This document shows, piece after piece, positions 9,230 to 18,545 of a stretch of 39,751 nt of DNA. A program made the translations under genes and the position numbers. Numbering within the stretch: the stretch's first letter is position 1; each line of letters begins with the position of its first letter. The notes beneath the pieces were generated by a model. It did no database searches. It was given only the letters and a program-made list of their open reading frames with translations, and had not been told where the DNA came from. Source of the stretch: an uncultured Nitrososphaerota archaeon (GTDB taxonomy: Archaea > Thermoproteota > Methanomethylicia > Methanomethylicales > Methanomethylicaceae); contig CAZTWF010000085.1 in assembly GCA_964617245.1 (NCBI GenBank), forward strand, positions 1 to 39,751, given 5' to 3'.

Positions 9230-10294
9230 TTATAATATAATTAATGTTTTTTCAAAACTAGTTAAATTTTTACTTCCATTTTCTGTTATCAATAACATAT
9301 CTTCTATTCTTATTCCTCCAATTTTTGGAATGTAAACTCCTGGTTCTATGGTTATAATATTTCCACATTTTAATTTCTTTTCTTGTTTTTTATTTATAAA
9401 TGGCTCTTCATGGACATTTATTCCAATTCCATGCCCAAGTCCATGATTAAAATATTTTTCTAATTTATATTCTTTTAAGATATTAATAGCAATTTCATTA
9501 AGTTCTTTTCCAATAATTCCTGGTTTTGCATATTTTATAGCTTCTTCTTGAGTATATTTAACAGCATAATAAATATCAATAATATTTTTACTTGGCTCTC
9601 CTATGAATATTGTTCTTGTCATATCTGAACAATAACCATTATATCTTACTCCTATATCTATTATTATTCCTTCATTTTTTTCAATAATTTTTCTTGTAGG
9701 AGATCCATGTGGATAAACTCCTCTTACACCAGATAATACTATACTATCAAAAGCATAGGATTCTGCACCATAAATTCTCATAAAATATTCTATTTTTGCT
9801 ACAATTTCTAATTCACTCATTCCTATTTTTATTTCTTTTAAACTTTCTTCAAGTGATTTCTCTGTAATTCTTTGAGAATTTTCAATTAATTTTATTTCAT
9901 CTTCATCTTTTATTTCTCTCATTTCTTCAATATAATTATCTATAGAAATAAGTTCTAAATCTTTTTTTAATTCCTCATAGACATAATATGAAATTTTCTT
10001 ATTTTCAAATCCTATTTTTTTACCTAATTTTTTTATTAATTTCTTTATTTCCTCTATGAAATTTTCTGTTTTTATTATATTTACATCTTTTACATTATCT
10101 TTTATTTCTTCATAATTCATTTCATTTGTTATTATGTATGAATTACCATCATTACTTAAATAAAGAAACTTATTACAATTTAATGGAGCACCTGTAAGAT
10201 AAAATATATTTTCATTAGAAGTAACTATTATTCCATCCATTTCCTTTTCTTCTATTAATTTTAATAATTTCTTTTGTCTTTCTTTATAATTCAT
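9230..10294 (-). CDS. pepQ: Xaa-Pro aminopeptidase/dipeptidase (M24B)
   Basis: The pita-bread fold metal ligands are present in DIGVRYNGYCSDMTRT, HGLGHGIGINVHEEP and TIEPGVY...GGIRIED. Confidence 0.85.
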   Translation of the reverse strand: MNYKERQKKLLKLIEEKEMDGIIVTSNENIFYLTGAPLNCNKFLYLSNDGNSYIITNEMNYEEIKDNVKDVNIIKTENFIEEIKKLIKKLGKKIGFENKKISYYVYEELKKDLELISIDNYIEEMREIKDEDEIKLIENSQRITEKSLEESLKEIKIGMSELEIVAKIEYFMRIYGAESYAFDSIVLSGVRGVYPHGSPTRKIIEKNEGIIIDIGVRYNGYCSDMTRTIFIGEPSKNIIDIYYAVKYTQEEAIKYAKPGIIGKELNEIAINILKEYKLEKYFNHGLGHGIGINVHEEPFINKKQEKKLKCGNIITIEPGVYIPKIGGIRIEDMLLITENGSKNLTSFEKTLIIL

Positions 10295-10352
10295 AAGAAA
10301 TAATAAGAGTATTACTTATATTAAAATTATAATTACTTATATTGGTGATAAT

Positions 10353-10892
10353 ATGATTATTGCAGTTGGTACTTCAAATCCTATTAAAGTAAAAGCAGTT
10401 GAAAATGTTTTTTCAAAATTATTTAAAGTAACTATCATAATGAGACCAGTTTCTATTAGTATTCCATCCCAGCCAATAGGATTAGATATTGTAATAAAAG
10501 GAGCAATTGAAAGAGCAAAAAAAGCTTTAGAATTAGAAGAAAAAGCAGATCTTGGTGTAGGTATAGAAGCTGGAATCATTCCTATGCCATACACTATAAC
10601 TGGATATATGGATCAACAATTTGCTGCAATAGCTGATAGATCTGGAAAAGTTACTATTGGCGGAGGTCCTGCTTTTGAATATCCTCCTCTTGTTATAAGA
10701 AGAGTAATTAATGAAAAATTAGAGGTTAATACTATAATGGAAGAAATTACTAAGCAACCTAAAATTGGACAAAAAGAAGGAGCAATTGGATTTTTATCTA
10801 AAGGAATTACAAATAGAATTCAAATTACTGAAATGGCTATAATAATGGCTCTTATTCCTCGTCTTAATGAAGATTTATTTAACAAATTCTAG
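10353..10892 (+). CDS. Non-canonical purine NTP phosphatase (YjjX/DUF84, inosine/xanthosine triphosphatase)
   Basis: N-terminal IAVGTSNPIKVKAV motif, about 175 aa, with a GGTGA Shine-Dalgarno sequence upstream of the ATG. Confidence 0.7.
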   Translation: MIIAVGTSNPIKVKAVENVFSKLFKVTIIMRPVSISIPSQPIGLDIVIKGAIERAKKALELEEKADLGVGIEAGIIPMPYTITGYMDQQFAAIADRSGKVTIGGGPAFEYPPLVIRRVINEKLEVNTIMEEITKQPKIGQKEGAIGFLSKGITNRIQITEMAIIMALIPRLNEDLFNKF

Positions 10893-11895
10893 GAACAGGT
10901 TCTCCTAATGGAGGATTAATAATTCTTTTTCCTCCTATTATTGTATTCATAATTACATATCCAGGCATTTCTTTTTTTACATATCCAATAATTTTTGCAT
11001 CTTTTCCTTCTTCAGTTGACTTAATTGCTTTAAGTATATTATCAGCATCTTCAGCTTTTACACCCATTACTATTCTTCCTTCACATGCAAGTTCTAAAAA
11101 GTCTATACCTAGCATTTCACATGCTCCTTTTACTTCATTTCTAATTGGTATTTCTTCTTCATTGATCCATATGCTTACATTAGATTTTACAGCCATTTCA
11201 TTTAAGGCCATAGCTAAGCCTCCTCTTGTTGGATCTTTTGCAGCAGTAATTTCTCCTGCATCCATGGCTTTTTTCATTAAATTCCATAATGGTGCTACAT
11301 CAGATAATATATTTGTTTTAAAAGAAATTCCTTCTCTTAAAGAAATTATAACTATTCCATGATCCCCAATTGGCCCAGTTACTATAATTTTATCACCTTC
11401 TTTTAATCCAGAATCTAATATTGGTCTTTTTTTATAAAGCATACCTATACCCATTGTTGATATAATAATTCCATCAATTTTTCCCCTTGGCATAACTTTA
11501 AAATCTCCATGTATAAGAGAAATTTCAAATTTCTCCATAATTTCATTCATAGAAATGAAAATCTTTTTCAAATCTTCTATTTCAAATCCTTCTTCTACTA
11601 CAACTGTATCTATTATAGCAATTGGTCTTGCTCCCATTACAGCTAAATCATTTATAGTTCCACAAATTGCAAGTTTTCCAATATCTCCTCCAGGAAAGAA
11701 TATTGGTGTGATAGTATAAGCATCTCCAGTTACTACAATTTCCTCAGAATTTATTGGTATAGTAGCTCCATCATCAAGTTCATCTAATCCTATTCCTCTT
11801 CCAACTTTTCTATTTTTTATATTTTTTAGAATAATATTTTTAATAAGATCATTCATTATTATTCCGCCAGCACCATGACTGAGCTGTATCTTCAT
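10879..11895 (-). CDS. hypE: [NiFe]-hydrogenase maturation protein HypE
   Basis: N-terminal LSHGAGG, PurM-like fold, and the hallmark C-terminal PRIC (the cysteine that carries the thiocyanate). Confidence 0.9.
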   Translation of the reverse strand: MKIQLSHGAGGIIMNDLIKNIILKNIKNRKVGRGIGLDELDDGATIPINSEEIVVTGDAYTITPIFFPGGDIGKLAICGTINDLAVMGARPIAIIDTVVVEEGFEIEDLKKIFISMNEIMEKFEISLIHGDFKVMPRGKIDGIIISTMGIGMLYKKRPILDSGLKEGDKIIVTGPIGDHGIVIISLREGISFKTNILSDVAPLWNLMKKAMDAGEITAAKDPTRGGLAMALNEMAVKSNVSIWINEEEIPIRNEVKGACEMLGIDFLELACEGRIVMGVKAEDADNILKAIKSTEEGKDAKIIGYVKKEMPGYVIMNTIIGGKRIINPPLGEPVPRIC

Positions 11896-11921
11896 TTTCC
11901 CTCAAAAAGACTTAGAAAAAA

Positions 11922-11935
11922 CTTATATTTTTATT
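11922..11935 (+). promoter_or_regulatory. TATA-like element (CTTATATTTTTATT) about 24 nt upstream of the S8e ATG, lying in the divergent hypE/rps8e spacer
   Basis: The call rests on position relative to ATG 11952 and the absence of a Shine-Dalgarno sequence. Confidence 0.3.
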
Positions 11936-11951
11936 CTTCTTTTTTCCAAAT

Positions 11952-12338
11952 ATGAGTTATTATCAAGGTAGAGATACAAAAAAGCCTAGTGGTGGAAGAT
12001 TACCATATAGTAGAAAGAAGAGAAAATATGAACTTGGCTCTCCTCCTATAGAAACATCTTTAGCAAAGGAAAATGAATTTAGAGAAAATATTAGAGCTTA
12101 TGGTGGAAATAAGAAAATAAAATTAAAAGAAGCTCTTTTTGTTAATGTAACTGACCCATCAACTAATACTACAAAGAAGTGTAAAATACTAAGAGTTAAA
12201 GATAATCCATGTAATGTAGATTATGCAAGAAGAGGAATAATAACTAAAGGAGCAATTATTGAGACAGAAATTGGAACTGCTAAAATAACATCAAGACCAG
12301 GACAAAATGGTATAATTAATGCTATTCTTATTAAATAA
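11952..12338 (+). CDS. rps8e: 30S ribosomal protein S8e
   Basis: [13 protein letters not shown]...RKKRKYELG, 128 aa. Confidence 0.9.
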   Translation: MSYYQGRDTKKPSGGRLPYSRKKRKYELGSPPIETSLAKENEFRENIRAYGGNKKIKLKEALFVNVTDPSTNTTKKCKILRVKDNPCNVDYARRGIITKGAIIETEIGTAKITSRPGQNGIINAILIK

Positions 12339-12339
12339 T

Positions 12340-12696
12340 TTATCTTATTCCTCTAATCTTTCTAATTACTAATTCTTTTCCTCTTTCTAATTCAATTTCT
12401 CCTTTACAATATGGACATTTCATTTGAAAAGCTATAATTTCTTTAATATCTTTTTTAATTTTTTTCTTACAATTTTTACATATGAAAATAGGTTTACTTT
12501 TCCTTATGTATAATTTACTATTTTCTCCTATTGTTCCTTTACTTAAAATTTTAAAACAAAATTTAAATTGTAAAGGATTAATATGTGTCATTTCTCCTAA
12601 TTCAATATGTATAGAAGTTATTTTCTTTAATTTCATTTTTTTACTTAAGTCTTCTATATAATTTATTACAGATAATGCAAGAGAAAATTCATGCAT
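12340..12696 (-). CDS. hypA: [NiFe]-hydrogenase nickel-insertion protein HypA
   Basis: N-terminal MHEFSLA nickel site and the zinc motif CKNC...CPYC. Length is 118 aa. Confidence 0.85.
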   Translation of the reverse strand: MHEFSLALSVINYIEDLSKKMKLKKITSIHIELGEMTHINPLQFKFCFKILSKGTIGENSKLYIRKSKPIFICKNCKKKIKKDIKEIIAFQMKCPYCKGEIELERGKELVIRKIRGIR

Positions 12697-12736
12697 AATA
12701 AAAGAATTTAATTTTTAGTATATATACAATATTATT

Positions 12737-13015
12737 ATGAACAAAGACAAAATAGTAATATGGCCAGTATATTTTGATGCTTCTAAATCTCGTAAAGAAG
12801 GAAGAAGAATTCCAAAAAAACTTGCTATTAAATCTCCTTTAATTAATGATATATTTAATGCTTGTATTAAACTTGGTTTAGAAGCAATAATAGAATATGA
12901 TAAAGCTTTTCCAAGAACTCCTTGGGAAAAAAGTGGAAGAATTATAATTAAAAAAACAGAAAAGAAAAAATCTAAAATTATTTTAGAAATTAGTGAAATA
13001 TTAAATAAAAAATAA
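12737..13015 (+). CDS. srp19: Signal recognition particle protein SRP19
   Basis: IWPVYFDASKSRKEGRRIPK, 92 aa. Confidence 0.85.
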   Translation: MNKDKIVIWPVYFDASKSRKEGRRIPKKLAIKSPLINDIFNACIKLGLEAIIEYDKAFPRTPWEKSGRIIIKKTEKKKSKIILEISEILNKK

Positions 13016-13042
13016 AAACTATATAGTAAATAATAGCAAAGG

Positions 13043-13052
13043 ATATATTTTT
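13043..13052 (+). promoter_or_regulatory. TATA-like element (ATATATTTTT) about 27 nt upstream of the gar1 ATG
   Basis: The call rests on position relative to ATG 13074 and the absence of a Shine-Dalgarno sequence. Confidence 0.3.
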
Positions 13053-13073
13053 GTGTCACTAGTATAATTACTA

Positions 13074-13352
13074 ATGGGGAATTCTAAGAAAAAACAACTT
13101 CAAAAAATAGGAAAGATTATTAATATTTCAAAAAGTAATTTGGTAACTATAAAAGCATATTTTCCTGTAAAACCAGGTTCTCGTATTTTATCTAAAAATG
13201 GAAATAATTTAGGAATAGTTGTAGATGTATTTGGCCCTATTCATTCTCCCTATATTTCAATTAAACCAGAAAATATTAAGGATATTGTTATTGGATCTGA
13301 AGTTTATACAATAGAGAAGGGGAATCGAAGATGCAAAAGCATATCAACTTAG
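13074..13352 (+). CDS. gar1: H/ACA RNP protein Gar1
   Basis: LGIVVDVFGPIHSPYISIKP beta-barrel motif, about 90 aa. It overlaps the TFB start by 22 nt. Confidence 0.75.
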   Translation: MGNSKKKQLQKIGKIINISKSNLVTIKAYFPVKPGSRILSKNGNNLGIVVDVFGPIHSPYISIKPENIKDIVIGSEVYTIEKGNRRCKSIST

Positions 13353-14257
13353 ATGAATTTATTTGTCCTGAATGTAAATGTAAGACACTAATAAGAGATG
13401 ATTTTAGAGCTGAAATTATATGTACTTCTTGTGGTCTTGTAATAAATGAACGAATGCTTGATCCTGGTCCTGAATGGCGTAATTTTAATAATAGTCAAAA
13501 TGATAAGCGTTCAAGAATTGGTGCCCCTTTAACATTAACAATTCATGATAAGGGCTTATCTACAGTTATAGATTGGAGAAATAAAGATAGTCATGGAAAT
13601 TCCTTAACATTAAGAAAAAAAATTCAAATCTATAGACTTAGAAAATGGCAACAAAAAGCTAGAATTTCTAATGCATATGAAAGAAATCTTATTTTTGCTT
13701 TATCAGAAATAGAAAGAATGATTTCACAAATGGCTCTTCCAAGAAATGTACAAGAAACTTCTGCTCTTATTTATAGAAAAGCTATAGAAAGTCAATTAGT
13801 ACGTGGTAGAGCTATAGAAAGTATGGTTGGTGCAGTTTTGTATATTGCATGTAGACAATGTAATATACCAGTAACACTAGATGATATTTCAAAAGTTTGT
13901 AGAGCAAGTAAAAAAGAAATTGCAAGAAATTATCGTTTTCTTTTAAATGAATTAATGCTTAAAATATCACCTATTGATCCTATAAATTATATACCTCGTA
14001 TAATAACAAAACTTAATCTAGATGGTTTAGTTCAAAAGAAATCTATAGAAATAATAAAAACTATGGAAAAAGCTAGACTCAAATCAGGAAAAGGTCCAAT
14101 GGGAATTGCAGCAGCTGCAGTCTATATAGCAAGTGTAATAATGAATAAAAAAAGAACACAAAGAGATATAGCAAATATTGCAAAAATAACAGAAGTTACT
14201 TTAAGACATAGATATAAGGAAATTTTAGAAAATCTTGATTTAGAGATATTTTTATAG
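13331..14257 (+). CDS. tfb: Transcription initiation factor IIB (TFB)
   Basis: N-terminal zinc ribbon CPECK...CTSCG, a B-reader/linker region, and two cyclin repeats. Length is 308 aa. Confidence 0.95.
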   Translation: MQKHINLDEFICPECKCKTLIRDDFRAEIICTSCGLVINERMLDPGPEWRNFNNSQNDKRSRIGAPLTLTIHDKGLSTVIDWRNKDSHGNSLTLRKKIQIYRLRKWQQKARISNAYERNLIFALSEIERMISQMALPRNVQETSALIYRKAIESQLVRGRAIESMVGAVLYIACRQCNIPVTLDDISKVCRASKKEIARNYRFLLNELMLKISPIDPINYIPRIITKLNLDGLVQKKSIEIIKTMEKARLKSGKGPMGIAAAAVYIASVIMNKKRTQRDIANIAKITEVTLRHRYKEILENLDLEIFL

Positions 14258-14297
14258 ATTTTTACAACTCTTTTATTTTTGAGAGTGCCACTTATTG

Positions 14298-14666
14298 ATG
14301 GAAAAACTAAGAGAGAAAGTATTAGCAATATTAAAAAATTCAAATGGTATAGAACAAAGTAGTTTACCAAAGCTACTTGGAGTAGATAGAAGAGTAGTTT
14401 ATAAATTATTACAAGAATTAGAAAAAGAAGGTGTAATAAGAAAAGAACTTTATACTAATGAAAATAAAAAAACATACAAGATCTTTCTTACAAAAAAGGA
14501 ATTAGAAATTGATATAAGTGATATAAGTTGGGCTCCTTGTGCAATATGTCCAGATATTGAACGTTGTGGAAGAGGACAGCCTATTTCCCCTGAATCATGT
14601 ATTAAACTCACCAATGCACTTAGATCTGAATATATGAATTTAATTGGAGAGAAATCTAATGGTTAA
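14298..14666 (+). CDS. Winged-helix protein with a C-terminal 4-Cys motif, RPC34/TFE-beta-like
   Basis: The N-terminal wHTH reads SSLPKLLGVDRRVVYKLLQELEKEGVI. The C-terminal APCAICPDIERCGRGQPISPESC resembles the FeS-binding PCxxCP...C...sP..C motif of RPC34/hRPC39/TFE-beta as I recall it. Confidence 0.5.
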   Translation: MEKLREKVLAILKNSNGIEQSSLPKLLGVDRRVVYKLLQELEKEGVIRKELYTNENKKTYKIFLTKKELEIDISDISWAPCAICPDIERCGRGQPISPESCIKLTNALRSEYMNLIGEKSNG

Positions 14667-15258
14667 AAATCTTGAAGATATATATTATAAAGAAGCAAAA
14701 AGAAGAGGTTTAAGATCAAGATCTGCTTTTAAGTTATTAGAAATATCAAAGAAATTTTCTATTATAAAAAAAGGAGATATTGTTTTAGATTTAGGAGCTG
14801 CACCAGGAGGATGGCTTCAAATAGCAAGAATGCTTACAGGAGAGAATGGAAAAGTAATTGGTGTAGATATTTCTCCAATAGAACCTCTTCCATATGAGAA
14901 TATATTTATTATAAGAAAAGATGTAAGAGATCCTTCTTTAATAGAAGATATAAGAAAAATATCTGGAGGAGAAGTGGATGTAATTCTTTCTGATTTAGCA
15001 CCAAAATTCTCTGGTTTTCATCATTTAGATCATATGAGACAAATTTTACTTGTAAGATCTGCTTTATCTATTGCATTTTCTCTTTTAAAAAAAGAAGGAA
15101 ATATGGTTATTAAAATTATTATGGGATCAGAACTTAATGAATTATTAAAAGAAATAAATAGAAATTTTAATTATGTTAAATTATATAAGCCAAAGGCCTC
15201 AAGGAAACATAGTAGTGAAATATATTTAATATGTAAAGAATGGAAAGGAAAATCATAA
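14659..15258 (+). CDS. rlmE: 23S rRNA U2552 2'-O-methyltransferase (FtsJ/RlmE)
   Basis: YYKEAKRRGLRSRSAFKL, DLGAAPGGW and SDLAP. The start is taken at ATG 14659. Confidence 0.85.
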   Translation: MVKNLEDIYYKEAKRRGLRSRSAFKLLEISKKFSIIKKGDIVLDLGAAPGGWLQIARMLTGENGKVIGVDISPIEPLPYENIFIIRKDVRDPSLIEDIRKISGGEVDVILSDLAPKFSGFHHLDHMRQILLVRSALSIAFSLLKKEGNMVIKIIMGSELNELLKEINRNFNYVKLYKPKASRKHSSEIYLICKEWKGKS

Positions 15259-15295
15259 GAGTAAAAACTTATGAAAATAAATTAGGTGTTAAAAT

Positions 15296-16459
15296 TTGAA
15301 ATGCTATATTGTAGATTCATTTTCTGGATTTTTAGCATATAATGAAGATTTGAAAATATTATTAGCAAAAAAATTTAAAGATACTAATGATGCTATTTCT
15401 CAATTATTAGAATTAGAAAAAACAGGAACATGTCCTTTATTAGAAGAACTTATAAAAGAATTGATCGATATGGGTTGTGATTCTATTATAGTTGAGGATG
15501 AAAAAGAAGCTAATGCTTTAAGATCAAAATTTAATATTCAAATAAATGTAATATCTCCAAGTGCTGCTGGTAGACTTTTTAGATCCTCAATAATTTATGA
15601 ATGGCAAAAAGCTGGTATTAATCCTAATTTCATAAACTCTATGCAAAAAGAAGTAAGTGAAGCATTAGTTAAAGCAAAAATTCGTTTGGCATTTGAAAGA
15701 AGAGATAAACTCATAGCTCAAGCAATATCAGCACTTGATGAAATTGATAAAATTACAAATATTCTTGTATTAAGAATAAGAGAATGGTATGGTCTTCATT
15801 TTCCAGAACTTGGTGATTTAATTCAAGATCATAAAACTTATTTAAAAATTGTAAGTGAAATTGGAGAAAGATATAATTTTAATATTGAGGATATTAATGA
15901 TCTAATTCATAATGAAGATAAATCAAAAGTTATTTGTGATCTTGTAAATAAATCAATGGGAGCTGAAATAAGAAAAATTGATTTAGAAATGATTCAAAAC
16001 TTAGCAAAAATATGTTTATCTCTATATTCATATAGAGAGAGCCTAGAAAAATATATAGATGAAACAATGGAGGAAGTAGCACCTAATATAAGAGAATTAG
16101 TAGGTTCTAATCTTGGAGCACGTTTAATAGCTCAAGCTGGAGGATTAGAAGCATTAGCAAAAAAACCAGCTAGTACTATACAAGTACTTGGAGCAGAAAA
16201 AGCATTATTTAGAGCTTTGAGAACAGGATCAAAACCTCCAAAACATGGTATAATATTTCAAAGTCCTTATATTCATTCTGCTCCAAAATGGCAAAGAGGA
16301 AAAATTGCAAGAGCATTAGCAGGAAAATTATCTATTGCTGCAAGAATTGATGCTTTTGGAGGTACATTTATAGGTACTGAATTAAAGAAAAGTTTAGAGG
16401 AAAGAATAAATGAAATAAAGATTAAATATCCAAAACCATCTAAAAAGAAACGAAGGTGA
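15296..16459 (+). CDS. nop5: C/D box RNP core protein Nop5 (Nop56/58)
   Basis: The Nop domain reads LRIREWYGLHFPEL ... GAEKALFRALRTGSKPPKHGIIFQ, with a KKKRR tail. TTG is the only in-frame start. Confidence 0.9.
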   Translation: MKCYIVDSFSGFLAYNEDLKILLAKKFKDTNDAISQLLELEKTGTCPLLEELIKELIDMGCDSIIVEDEKEANALRSKFNIQINVISPSAAGRLFRSSIIYEWQKAGINPNFINSMQKEVSEALVKAKIRLAFERRDKLIAQAISALDEIDKITNILVLRIREWYGLHFPELGDLIQDHKTYLKIVSEIGERYNFNIEDINDLIHNEDKSKVICDLVNKSMGAEIRKIDLEMIQNLAKICLSLYSYRESLEKYIDETMEEVAPNIRELVGSNLGARLIAQAGGLEALAKKPASTIQVLGAEKALFRALRTGSKPPKHGIIFQSPYIHSAPKWQRGKIARALAGKLSIAARIDAFGGTFIGTELKKSLEERINEIKIKYPKPSKKKRR

Positions 16460-16465
16460 TTTTAT

Positions 16466-17152
16466 ATGGTTATAGTAAAACCTCATTCTAAATTTTCTGG
16501 TGTTTATATAGTAGAAGATATTGAAGGAAGAAAATTAGCAACAAAGAATCTTGTTCCTGGTTTCAAAGTCTATGGTGAAAATTTATATAAATATAATAAT
16601 GAAGAATTTAGAGCTTGGGATTTATTTAGAAGTAAACTTGCAGCATCTATAGAAAAAGGTATAATAGATGTACCAATTAAAGAAGGAAGCTATGTATTAT
16701 ATCTTGGAGCAGCGAGTGGAACTACTGCAAGTCATGTCTCTGATATTATTGGAGAAAAAGGAAAAGTATTTTGTATAGAATTTGCTCCAAGAGTAATAAA
16801 AGAATTAATTGAAGTTTCTTCACGTCGTAAAAATATGATCCCTATACTTGGAGATGCAAGATTTCCTATGTCATATAGATATCTTGTAGAAAATGTAGAT
16901 ATGATATATTGTGATATAGCTCAACCAGATCAAGCTGAAATACTTTTAGAAAATGCTAAAATATATTTAAATAAAAAAGGAAAAATAATGATCGCAATAA
17001 AAGCAAGAAGTATTGATGTAACAAAGGAACCTACTGAAATCTTCAAAAGAGAAATAAATATTTTAGAAAAAGGAGGAATAAAAATATTAGATATAAAAAG
17101 ACTTGATCCTTTTGATAAAGATCATGCAATGATATTAGGAGAGTATACTTAA
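16466..17152 (+). CDS. flpA: Fibrillarin (rRNA/tRNA 2'-O-methyltransferase)
   Basis: YRAWD-like FRAWDLFRSKLAA, VLYLGAASGTTASHVSD and ADVAQP-like CDIAQPDQ. Confidence 0.95.
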   Translation: MVIVKPHSKFSGVYIVEDIEGRKLATKNLVPGFKVYGENLYKYNNEEFRAWDLFRSKLAASIEKGIIDVPIKEGSYVLYLGAASGTTASHVSDIIGEKGKVFCIEFAPRVIKELIEVSSRRKNMIPILGDARFPMSYRYLVENVDMIYCDIAQPDQAEILLENAKIYLNKKGKIMIAIKARSIDVTKEPTEIFKREINILEKGGIKILDIKRLDPFDKDHAMILGEYT

Positions 17153-17571
17153 TGGAAGCAAATGAAGAACGTTTAACAAAACTTTTCTGGGAAATAGAAA
17201 TTAAAAAACTAAATGAAAGTCTACCTAAATTTAGAAAGTCTATTTCTTTATTATTAAATGAAGAAGATCCACATTATATAACCTTAGCTAATGAAAAAAT
17301 TTCATTTAATAAGAAAGAAATTGAAGAATTTTCTTCTTTTGCATCTGAAGATGAACTTAAATCAATATCCTTACCTATAGTTATAGTAAAAGAATGGGAA
17401 AGTAAGAAGGGCACATATAAAATCTTAGGAAATGAATTTGAAATAAAATTAGTTAATAGAATTCTTGAAAAACCTGAAGATGCTAATTATATATATTTAC
17501 CAGAAATTCTTGAGCTTTTTAGAAAATTTCCTTCTCTATTTGTCTTAGGTTATAAGTTTTCACTAGAATAA
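17152..17571 (+). CDS. Conserved archaeal hypothetical protein, UPF0216/DUF61-like (tentative)
   Basis: EIKKLNESLPKFRKSISLLLNEEDPHYITL...FNKKEIEEF...LPIVI resembles my memory of UPF0216 proteins. Its ATG overlaps the fibrillarin stop (TAATG). Confidence 0.45.
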   Translation: MEANEERLTKLFWEIEIKKLNESLPKFRKSISLLLNEEDPHYITLANEKISFNKKEIEEFSSFASEDELKSISLPIVIVKEWESKKGTYKILGNEFEIKLVNRILEKPEDANYIYLPEILELFRKFPSLFVLGYKFSLE

Positions 17572-17621
17572 TAAAAATATTTATTTATACTTCCATTATT
17601 CTTTTTATATTTGATAGAAAA

Positions 17622-18545
17622 ATGTATAAAACATTAGTCTCAGAAGTAGTTGATATATTAAATAAAGCAGGATTTAGTGTATATAAGGTTAATTCAAATT
17701 ATTGTGTAGATGTAATAGCAAGTAGAGATGATAGAAAATTAATGTTAAGAATTGCTATAAATATAGATAATGAAAAGAAAGAAACTACTGAAGACTTAAA
17801 AACACTTGCATATACTTTTTCAGCAATACCTATTATAGTTGGACTTAAATATCAAGGTGGTATGATTGAAGATGAAACTCTTCATGAGAGATTTAATATT
17901 AATGCTATAAATTTGAATACATTTAGGAATATTTTACTTTATGAAAGATTTCCAATGGCATATGCAAAAAGAGGTGGTTTATACTTTAAAGTAGATGGTC
18001 AAAAATTAAGGAAATTAAGAACAGAAAGAAAAATGTCTCTTGGAAATCTTGCAGATAAATTAGGTGTAAGTAGAAAAGCTGTATATGAATATGAAAATTA
18101 TAATATGGGTGCAACACTTAGAACTATATTAAAAATGATGGAAATTTTTAATGAAGATCTAACAATGAAAATTGATATATTTAAATGGAATTATTATAAG
18201 GAAGTAAAGGAAATACCTGATAGAAGTCCAACTGGCCGTATAGCAAGACAACTTCATAATAAACTTAAGAAAATAGGATGTAAGGCTATTGGTTTTAAAT
18301 ATGCTCCAATAGAAGTTCATGCAAAAGATTTAGAAATGAGTTTTCTTACAGATGAAGACTTAGATAAGGATGATTTAAGAATTAGAATTGAAGATGTTAC
18401 TAATATTGGAAAGATATTGAAAATAACTCCAATACTTGTAACAAAGTCCTTAAGTGGTAAAGATTTTGATATTTATACCATTCCTATAGATACAATCAAT
18501 AAAATTAAAAATTTAGAAGATTTAAAACAATTTATTAGTTCATAA
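17622..18545 (+). CDS. Archaeal XRE-type HTH protein (COG1395-like) with a nuclease-fold-like N-terminal domain
   Basis: The central HTH_3 reads KLRKLRTERKMSLGNLADKLGVSRKAVYEYEN. The flanking domains are typical of the roughly 300 aa archaeal family. Confidence 0.6.
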   Translation: MYKTLVSEVVDILNKAGFSVYKVNSNYCVDVIASRDDRKLMLRIAINIDNEKKETTEDLKTLAYTFSAIPIIVGLKYQGGMIEDETLHERFNINAINLNTFRNILLYERFPMAYAKRGGLYFKVDGQKLRKLRTERKMSLGNLADKLGVSRKAVYEYENYNMGATLRTILKMMEIFNEDLTMKIDIFKWNYYKEVKEIPDRSPTGRIARQLHNKLKKIGCKAIGFKYAPIEVHAKDLEMSFLTDEDLDKDDLRIRIEDVTNIGKILKITPILVTKSLSGKDFDIYTIPIDTINKIKNLEDLKQFISS

